DNA of 12,789 nt from Promethearchaeia archaeon. Its GTDB lineage: Archaea > Asgardarchaeota > Lokiarchaeia > Sigyniarchaeales > SOKP01. Under the pieces are notes generated by a model. The model did not search any database. It saw nothing but the letters and a program-made list of their open reading frames with translations, and was not told where the DNA came from. The DNA lies in assembly GCA_046497275.1 (NCBI GenBank), contig JAWOFX010000058.1:1-12789 (forward strand), in the 5' to 3' direction. The position numbers and the translations under genes were made by a program. Below, one piece after another: positions 6,571 through 12,789 of this stretch (its first letter is position 1; each line of letters starts with the position of its first letter).

Positions 6571-7689
6571 TCAATCCCAAAATTCATGAGGAGATATCGA
6601 CTCTTCAATTCCTGAGAAGGGACACGCCGCAATACAGCCCCCACAATCACTAGAATTTTCAATCCAAAATTCAAAACATTTTTCAACATCAACATAATAT
6701 TTCAAAACACCATTATTATTAGAAATAGAATTCCCCCTCATCGTTGGAAACTTTTTTTTGGAAATTGCATTACTCTCACATGCTTGGGCACATCTGTAGC
6801 ATTCTTGGCAAGTTTCATTGACTTTTTTAATAAAATCAGAATTAGGTTTATCTGATACTAAGGGTAAATCTGTGAAAATCTTACAAATTCTTACTCGAGG
6901 TCCAAACTCTGGAGTTATTAAGAGTCCAATCCGTCCTAAAGCACCTAAACCCGCCTCAATCGCTAAAGGAATACTTAATGCAGTATCATTTCCGCATTGA
7001 ATTGCTCTATATCCTAGATTTCTGATAAACTCCCCTAAACATGAAATACTGAAAGCCATTTTAGAATAAGCAATGGAAGCTGCAGCTGCCGCTGGTTGCG
7101 CTGGCGCCGTGGAAATTGCCTTCTTATCCATTTCAATTGCTAATATTATGGCTTTATTTATCCCCTCGGGTAAAATTATCCTATTTTCAAATGTGTCTTT
7201 ATTTATATCTCCTTTTCTAATATCTTCTTTCGCCTTATCTTCACTTTCCAATGTTTTTCTAATAAACCCTGTTTTATATATCCATTGATTATTGATATTG
7301 GTTATACCGACTAATGATGCTCCAAACGATTTTGCAACAATTTTAAGTTTATGGGTGAAGGATTCAGCATTATCTATTTCGTACTTCTTAGATGTCCATT
7401 CACTTCCATAATCCATATTTTCAACATTATCCTTCTCCCATGCAAAGGCAAAAGGAAATTTTTCATAGACAGTCCAACCTGCTTTAACAAACGCAAAATC
7501 AACACGAGTATATCCTCCCTTACCAGAAGCAATATGAGATGCTATATTTTTTCCAAACATCTGCCTATAGGTTGAAAGGCTTTTATCCCAGACTCGTCGA
7601 TAAATCATATTGTTTTTTTCATCAAACCGCTTATAAGAACTTTCATCTATGGAATATAATTCCGAAATTTTGGGATGATCAAAACTCAT
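6571..7689 (-). CDS. Reductive dehalogenase-like (RdhA/QueG superfamily) cobalamin and 2x[4Fe-4S] protein, no Tat signal
   Basis: K..A..FGASLVGIT, AIEMD, AYSKM, FIRNLGYRAI, SIPLAIEAGLG.LGR.G..ITPEFGPRVR..KIFTDLPL..DKP, Fe-S motifs CQECYRCAQAC (CX2CX2CX3C) and C-X10-CGGCIAACP. No RRxFxK near the N-terminus. Confidence 0.93.
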   Translation of the reverse strand: MSFDHPKISELYSIDESSYKRFDEKNNMIYRRVWDKSLSTYRQMFGKNIASHIASGKGGYTRVDFAFVKAGWTVYEKFPFAFAWEKDNVENMDYGSEWTSKKYEIDNAESFTHKLKIVAKSFGASLVGITNINNQWIYKTGFIRKTLESEDKAKEDIRKGDINKDTFENRIILPEGINKAIILAIEMDKKAISTAPAQPAAAAASIAYSKMAFSISCLGEFIRNLGYRAIQCGNDTALSIPLAIEAGLGALGRIGLLITPEFGPRVRICKIFTDLPLVSDKPNSDFIKKVNETCQECYRCAQACESNAISKKKFPTMRGNSISNNNGVLKYYVDVEKCFEFWIENSSDCGGCIAACPFSGIEESISPHEFWD

Positions 7690-7710
7690 TAAATACTTAA
7701 AAAGTTAAAA

Positions 7711-7724
7711 ATATAAAAAACTTT
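7711..7724 (-). promoter_or_regulatory. Candidate BRE/TATA (AAAG-TTTTTTATAT) for the rdhA-like gene, implying a near-leaderless mRNA
   Basis: On the minus strand AAAGTTTTTTATAT ends about 21 nt before ATG 7689, which is canonical archaeal spacing. Confidence 0.5.
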
Positions 7725-7747
7725 AACGAGTCTTTAAAAATTAATTA

Positions 7748-7756
7748 TTATATAAA
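7748..7756 (+). promoter_or_regulatory. Candidate TATA box (TTATATAAA) for the Lin0512-family gene
   Basis: Lies about 30 nt upstream of ATG 7785 and is preceded by an A-rich BRE-like segment. Confidence 0.5.
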
Positions 7757-7784
7757 GGAATATTAATAATTTAAAGTGCACATT

Positions 7785-8162
7785 ATGAGTGAAAAAAGAT
7801 TTATTGTTCAAGTAGGGAGTGGAACTGATCAACATGGTCATCAGAATGATTGTACAAACGCTTCTATAAAAGCTATTAAAAATGCGATTTCAAATAATTG
7901 TTTAACCGGATTAATTGAAATATGCGATCTGAGAACACCTAAGGAGCTGCTGAAAATGAAAGTGCATGTAAAAATTGGAGCACCGTTCCCAGAAAATATT
8001 GATGAAAAAAAAGTATTGAAAGCAATTCCTTTTGGAGAAAAATCAATAGAAGTTGTTAAAGGAGGACTTCTCGCAGAATGCGTTCAAATTAAAGAATTGG
8101 GAGACACTTCAAATCAGATGATAATATGTAATGCAGCGGTGACTGTATTTGTGGATTTATGA
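7785..8162 (+). CDS. Lin0512-family protein of unknown function
   Basis: RFIVQVGSGTDQHG, A.IKAI.NAI..N, V.V.IG.P.P..ID, PFG...IEVV.GGL and I.NAAVTV match the family pattern. ATG 7785 is preferred over GTG 7776 from promoter spacing. Confidence 0.85.
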   Translation: MSEKRFIVQVGSGTDQHGHQNDCTNASIKAIKNAISNNCLTGLIEICDLRTPKELLKMKVHVKIGAPFPENIDEKKVLKAIPFGEKSIEVVKGGLLAECVQIKELGDTSNQMIICNAAVTVFVDL

Positions 8163-8226
8163 AGAGATTGTTTAAAAAATCAGAATAAATAATAAAGATT
8201 TTAGAAACTCTTTCGAAGTGATAGAA

Positions 8227-9519
8227 ATGAGAAAACATATCAATTGGTCCAAATATTTTACTCTTTATGAAGAAAAGTTGAAATTTATTAAGAAAAAAAT
8301 TGGTACTGAAAGAATTTATGCAATGGCTATAATGCCAGTTAGAGGTCCAAAAGGATTCAGAAAACTGGATTATGAATTTGCTGAAAAACAGCTCAATATT
8401 AAAGAGATAATGGATAGATTAGAAGAATGCCATTTCAATACGGTTGGATTAGTTATAAAAGATACTGAAGGTGCTTGTTTATGGGATACTGAAATTGGAT
8501 GGAATCCGACCAATCGTGATATTTTAGGAGAGTTTTCTGATGAATGTCAAGAAAGGAACTTTCCATTATTAGTCTCCTTTACAAGCATGAATGATGCGTA
8601 TCAAGGACATCTCCATCCCGATAGAGTGAGTGTGCATGGTGAGGATGGGAAAAAATTCGATCACAGATATAAAAAGGGCGATATTTCAACCCATCCAGAA
8701 GGGGAGATGCGCTTAGATTTGCCCAAAAATAGCTCATTTCAAGAATATCAGAAAAAGATTCCGTTCTTAACAGAGCAAAGAGATGAAGAAGTTGGCAAAT
8801 CTCGAAGTTCTCGGGGAAAAGGTTATATCCCTCTTACAAGTTTTATGTGTCCCAATAGTAAACATGTTGATTACCTTTTATCACTAGCGGATGAAGTGAC
8901 CCGAAAATATTCAATAGATGCGTTTTTAGCTGATTATATACGATATGATGGTGCTTTCAAAGATCTGTGTACTTGTGAACGGTGTCAAACTCGTTTTAGG
9001 CAAAAATTTGGGTCAAAACCGAAAATCATGAAAAGCAAAGAATGGTATGATTTTAAAGAAGAGACCATAGTAAGATATGGAGAAAAACTGCATTCTACCA
9101 TAAAAAAGAGGGATTCAGATTGTATAACTGGTTGGTTTTGTCTTCCAGGACCTAAAAAATGGTTCACACGAAAGAAGATTGCACAGAATTGGAAAAAATT
9201 ATCATCTATTTTTGATATGGTTTCGCCAATGGAATATCCATATCTAATGGGTACTCGAGATGATGGGTGGTTTTGGGGTAAGGTGGGAGATTTTTTCTAT
9301 TGGTATTATATTCGAAATATGAAAAAAAGAGCTCATGAATATAGGAGTCCAGCCCTTGCTATTACTAATTCTGTAGAATGCAATGCTGAAGAAATGCTCA
9401 AACAAATAAAAGGATTTGATTTCGGATTTGGAATAGGTATCTTTAAATATTTCGGAACTACTAAAGAGCAATGGAATGCCTTGAAGGAATATGGAGAAAA
9501 TACATTAACAATAAAATAG
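8227..9519 (+). CDS. Putative glycoside hydrolase, GHL10/GHL6-like TIM barrel, no signal peptide
   Basis: FNTVGLVIKD..G...W, D.L.EF..EC.ER, MCPNS, KYSIDAFLADYIRY, CTCERC..RF and FDMVSPMEY. SD-like GAAGTGA at 8215-8221 favours ATG 8227 over GTG 8218. Confidence 0.75.
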   Translation: MRKHINWSKYFTLYEEKLKFIKKKIGTERIYAMAIMPVRGPKGFRKLDYEFAEKQLNIKEIMDRLEECHFNTVGLVIKDTEGACLWDTEIGWNPTNRDILGEFSDECQERNFPLLVSFTSMNDAYQGHLHPDRVSVHGEDGKKFDHRYKKGDISTHPEGEMRLDLPKNSSFQEYQKKIPFLTEQRDEEVGKSRSSRGKGYIPLTSFMCPNSKHVDYLLSLADEVTRKYSIDAFLADYIRYDGAFKDLCTCERCQTRFRQKFGSKPKIMKSKEWYDFKEETIVRYGEKLHSTIKKRDSDCITGWFCLPGPKKWFTRKKIAQNWKKLSSIFDMVSPMEYPYLMGTRDDGWFWGKVGDFFYWYYIRNMKKRAHEYRSPALAITNSVECNAEEMLKQIKGFDFGFGIGIFKYFGTTKEQWNALKEYGENTLTIK

Positions 9520-9816
9520 ATATTCTTAGAACCACTGAATTTTGTTTAATCCCATTCAAAAATTAAAATTTTTAATTTTCCCATTCTTCTTAAGAATTTA
9601 TTGAATTCTAAAACTCTTTTAAGATGTGTTTTTTTATTTTATTAAAACAAATTTTTATATGGATGGATTAGTTACTTATTTATCAAAATCAACAACTTAA
9701 AAAATTTTTAAGGAAGGATTTTATTAATATTTATAACATCAAAAGAAAAAGCTGAAGATCATCTAAAAATTCAAAAGCAGAATAAAATTATTTAATATTA
9801 ATTGGGCGAGTAAAAA

Positions 9817-10347
9817 ATGTTTGATGCTACGTTTAAATTAGTTATTTTCGGTGACGCAGGTTGCGGTAAAACAACTTTAACGCATAGGTTTTTAACCAGT
9901 CTCTTTAAGTCAGATTCTACAATGACTATAGGAGTAGATTTTAATGTGAAGAGTGTTGATACCCTAGGTCGAAAGGTAAAATTACAGATCTGGGATTTTG
10001 GAGGTGAAGAACGCTTCAGATTTTTATTACCGACCTATGTAAGAGGAGCTTCTGGAGGATTATTCATGTATGATATTACCAATTTTTCATCGCTCGCCCA
10101 CATAGATGATTGGTTGTTGGTAATTAGAAAAGAAATTAAACCTGAAAATCGATTTCCCATTCTTGTTGTTGGGGGAAAAGCCGATTTAGAAGAGCAAAAG
10201 GAAGTTAACTCAGAAGAGGGAATAAAAATCGCAAAATCACGAGGTCTTAATGGATTCATTGAATGCAGCTCCAAGACTGGGGAAAATGTAAATAAAACCT
10301 TCGAAGCAATCACACAATTGATGATCAAAAAATCAGGTCTAGCATAA
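9817..10347 (+). CDS. Rab-like small GTPase (Asgard eukaryotic-signature protein)
   Basis: G1 GDAGCGKT, switch I TIGVDF, G3 WDFGGEERFR, YVRGA, G4 GGKAD, G5 ECSSKTG. No C-terminal prenylation cysteines. Confidence 0.96.
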   Translation: MFDATFKLVIFGDAGCGKTTLTHRFLTSLFKSDSTMTIGVDFNVKSVDTLGRKVKLQIWDFGGEERFRFLLPTYVRGASGGLFMYDITNFSSLAHIDDWLLVIRKEIKPENRFPILVVGGKADLEEQKEVNSEEGIKIAKSRGLNGFIECSSKTGENVNKTFEAITQLMIKKSGLA

Positions 10348-10528
10348 TTTAAAAATTCTAAGCTTCAAAATAAATACTATCTTCAATTTTTTCAGTCTCA
10401 TTTCTAAATTCGTCTCTAATATAATTATTTTTAGATTTAAAGAATCTTTGAATTACACGGAAAAATAAAAGAATTCTATTTTAAATACTGAAAAAGAATA
10501 AAAAAATAAGATTTAAAACTGAAAATGG

Positions 10529-12331
10529 TTATACTTTGTCTTGCTCATCGGGTTCGCCAAATTCTTCCTTATACATTGGGTCATTGATTTGTAGAATACG
10601 TCTTTGTACTTTTCCTATTAAGTCTTTCGGTACTTCGCTGATTATTTCAACAAAATAAGGTCTTTTATAATGAGTAATGTTTTCTTCTGCCCATGTTTTT
10701 ATATCTTCTTTAGTCATTTTTGAACCAGGTGTTAATTCCACCCATGCTTTTACCGCTTCTCCAAACTCCTCGTGTGGGATACCCGCTACTGCAGCTTCAG
10801 AAATTTCAGGATTTTTCATGAGTAATTCTTCGACTTCTTTCGGATAGACAGAATATCCTTTATATTTGATTAATTGTTTCTTTCTATCCCTCAGTTCGAC
10901 AGTGCCATCCTCATTCATAAATCCAATATCACCTGTTAAAAGCCAAAGCGCACCTTTATATTCCTTAATGGTATCCGCAGTTTCATCGGGTTTATTAAGA
11001 TATTCCAACATCACTTGCGGTCCATGAACACATAATTCACCGGTATGCTCTTCTCCAAAATTTTTATCATCAGGATTTCCCATACATATTGGACCTGCGT
11101 CCCAATCATCAGTAGGCCAAATACCCCATTCAGTGCCCGGAAAAGGCATTCCGATTACTCCGATTGGGCTCTCACCAAAGAGATTTCCCGCACTTACGAC
11201 AGGTGTGGCTTCTGTGAGTCCATATCCTTCAACTATATTCCCACCTGTTTCTTCGACAAAAGCATCTCTCACAGGTCTATGAAGTGGTCCCGCACCTGAA
11301 ACACATAATTTTAATTTTGCCATGGCATCAGAATATTTATCGATATCTTCGAATTCCGCTAACCTTTTGAATAAAATTTCTGCACCGGCATATACTAATC
11401 CTTCAGGGGCAGGAAGTTCTCTAATCGTTTCCAATAGTTCTTCTGTATCGGGAGGTTTTGGAAATAACATGAGCCACCCACCGAGAGAGATGGTAGTATT
11501 CATTACAACAGTATGAGCAAAACTATGGAACAACGGTAGAACTCCCACTCCACCTATACCTGGTTTTTCACCGCCAAACCATAAAGTACCTTGATGAGCA
11601 TTGGATACTGCATTAAAATGAGTCAATACAGCTCCTTTTGGTAAGCCAGTAGTACCACCCGTCATAATATAGGTAACTGGATGAGTTTTCACATCAATTT
11701 CTACCTCTGGTACATTTGGTTCAGTTTCTAATAAATCCATGAAATCAATAGCTCCAGGGTAATCAACTTTTCCTTTTGGAATTTTACCAATCAATTTTCC
11801 TAAGGTTCTTTTGAAACCTAAGCCTTCTGCTAAATCTGCAACATTTGTATATGCGAGAATTTCTATACTTGACTTCTTAATTATCGGCTTAATGTAAGGC
11901 TCGTATAATGCATCGAGAGCAATAAGCATTTTAGGTTTAATGATTTCGAACTGATGAAGAATCTCCATCGGCTGATAAGTTGGATTTATTCCAGACGCAA
12001 TTGCTCCAATTCTTGTTATGGCATAATAGCCAATTATATATTGGAAACAATTCGGAAGATGCATCGCGACCACATCACCCTTCCTTATCCCTAATTCGTG
12101 AAGAGCGGTTGCGAGTCTTTTCACATTATCTTGAAATTCATTATAAGTCATCCAAGTCTCCAAAAACCACATAACATGTTGATCACCATATTTTTCTACT
12201 TGACGGTCTAACATTTCATTTATAGTGATTTCCTCAAATGTGGTATTTTTCGGAACATTTTCTGGCCACCATTTCTTAAACCAGAGCTTATTTTCATCTA
12301 CTTGATATCTATCGTCTTTTTTTATTGGCAT
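10529..12331 (-). CDS. Long-chain fatty-acid--CoA ligase (ANL adenylate-forming, FadD-like)
   Basis: AMP-binding loop YIMTGGTTGLPKG, VLPLFH, EGYGLTE, GELCVHGPQVM.EY, TGDIG, RKKQLIK, YSVYPKEVE and C-terminal GKVQRR. SD-like GGGAAGTGA at 12338-12346, 6 nt before the ATG. Confidence 0.95.
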   Translation of the reverse strand: MPIKKDDRYQVDENKLWFKKWWPENVPKNTTFEEITINEMLDRQVEKYGDQHVMWFLETWMTYNEFQDNVKRLATALHELGIRKGDVVAMHLPNCFQYIIGYYAITRIGAIASGINPTYQPMEILHQFEIIKPKMLIALDALYEPYIKPIIKKSSIEILAYTNVADLAEGLGFKRTLGKLIGKIPKGKVDYPGAIDFMDLLETEPNVPEVEIDVKTHPVTYIMTGGTTGLPKGAVLTHFNAVSNAHQGTLWFGGEKPGIGGVGVLPLFHSFAHTVVMNTTISLGGWLMLFPKPPDTEELLETIRELPAPEGLVYAGAEILFKRLAEFEDIDKYSDAMAKLKLCVSGAGPLHRPVRDAFVEETGGNIVEGYGLTEATPVVSAGNLFGESPIGVIGMPFPGTEWGIWPTDDWDAGPICMGNPDDKNFGEEHTGELCVHGPQVMLEYLNKPDETADTIKEYKGALWLLTGDIGFMNEDGTVELRDRKKQLIKYKGYSVYPKEVEELLMKNPEISEAAVAGIPHEEFGEAVKAWVELTPGSKMTKEDIKTWAEENITHYKRPYFVEIISEVPKDLIGKVQRRILQINDPMYKEEFGEPDEQDKV

Positions 12332-12529
12332 TTTTATTCACTTCCCTTCTATACATTTTTTTTACAAGAACGTAATTGTATAGTTAGGCTTTAAAAATAT
12401 TAATACATTATTAATTTTAAATTTATATACTTTTTGGTTATCAATTCTAGTAAAATCGTGGGTCGTTTAAATAGATTAACGACTACATGTACCTAATTTT
12501 TGCAGTATTGAATCACATAGGTAAGAAAT

Positions 12530-12559
12530 AAAAAAAAGGTTAAAAAAAAAGTAAAAAAA
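12530..12559 (-). terminator. Archaeal-type oligo-U terminator (T7, T9, T8 tracts) downstream of the surface-protein gene
   Basis: Three consecutive T tracts on the minus strand, starting 23 nt after the TAG at 12583. Confidence 0.6.
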
Positions 12560-12582
12560 TTTAGATTAATTGTTTAATTGCT

Positions 12583-12789
12583 CTAAAATGGTGTCTTTCC
12601 ATCTTTCTTTCTCTTAATAAGAACCGTGGCAACTCCTAAAATGCTAACTCCACCGACTAATAATATAAGAGCCCAAAATGCCGTTGGCTCGAATACCATG
12701 AAGACATTGAATGTTGGGTCGTGGACAAGTTTCTCTCCAGAACCATTAAAGTCAGGATAGCAAACAGCGTAAGCCATCACTGAAAAGTT
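12583..12789 (-). CDS. C-terminal fragment of a single-pass membrane-anchored surface protein (5'-truncated by window edge)
   Basis: The frame is open to the edge: NFSVMAYAVCYPDFNGSGEKLVHDPTFNVFMVFEPT, then TM AFWALILLVGGVSILGVATVLI and basic tail KRKKDGKTPF. The ORF-track start at 12780 is internal. Confidence 0.8.
   Translation of the reverse strand, partial: NFSVMAYAVCYPDFNGSGEKLVHDPTFNVFMVFEPTAFWALILLVGGVSILGVATVLIKRKKDGKTPF

Noticed and set aside
5573-7575. Short ORFs 5573-5782, 5984-6181, 6818-7000, 7073-7288 and 7351-7575
   Set aside because: All lie within the Gfo/Idh/MocA or RdhA-like genes in alternative frames, with no independent evidence of coding.
7785-8162. Lin0512 protein as the pyruvoyl-dependent arginine decarboxylase partner of the ureohydrolase
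   Set aside because: I see no Ser-Ser-type autocleavage site or PdaD motifs; the sequence fits the Lin0512 pattern instead.
9559-9712. Perfect AT palindromes AAAATTAAAA-T-TTTTAATTTT (9559-9579) and CTTAAAAA-A-TTTTTAAG (9696-9712)
   Set aside because: Almost pure A/T in a very AT-rich spacer, so likely by chance. The 1-nt spacers cannot form hairpins. Operator function is not excluded but is unsupported.
8985-12174. Short ORFs 8985-9167, 9244-9471, 10035-10328, 11045-11299, 11322-11516 and 11980-12174
   Set aside because: Antisense to the GH, GTPase or CoA-ligase genes, which have clear family motifs.
10529-12331. CoA-ligase gene looks GC-richer than its neighbours (possible HGT)
   Set aside because: The difference is modest and unquantified, is explainable by Gly/Pro/Ala content and codon bias, and has no mobility genes or boundary repeats.
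12583-12690. Possible PGF-CTERM or Loki-CTERM sorting signal
   Set aside because: TM plus basic cluster is present, but the (I)PG[F/Y] signature before the helix is absent.
1-12789. tRNA, rRNA, CRISPR, IS or integrase, selenoprotein recoding
   Set aside because: No cloverleaf or GC-rich RNA segment in the intergenic spaces, no repeat-spacer array, no transposase or integrase motifs, and no gene needing in-frame TGA readthrough.

Overview
AT-rich (roughly 30% GC by eye), gene-dense window that looks like Asgard archaeal chromosome, probably Lokiarchaeia/Promethearchaeota. This taxonomy is inferred from a Rab-like GTPase with the WDFGGEERFR motif, TATA-type promoters and GTGA-type ribosome-binding sites. 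I support 12 CDS: an edge-truncated ureohydrolase (agmatinase/arginase family, absent from the ORF track), ArgRS, a DegT/StrS PLP aminotransferase, a ~7-TM hypothetical membrane protein, a small hypothetical with a possible gelsolin-like pattern, a Gfo/Idh/MocA oxidoreductase, a Tat-less reductive-dehalogenase-like (RdhA) cobalamin/Fe-S protein, a Lin0512-family protein, a GHL10-like TIM-barrel glycoside hydrolase, the Rab-like GTPase, a long-chain acyl-CoA ligase and the edge-truncated C-terminus of a membrane-anchored surface protein. I found no rRNA, tRNA, CRISPR array or mobile element. The most notable points are the RdhA-like enzyme in a sugar/cyclitol-type neighbourhood, an aminotransferase whose conserved N-terminus has no in-frame ATG/GTG/TTG (AUU start, frameshift or homopolymer error), the possible divergent gelsolin-like protein, and a ureohydrolase with intact metal ligands but altered substrate-loop motifs. 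No database searches were run; family calls rest on motifs recognised from memory.
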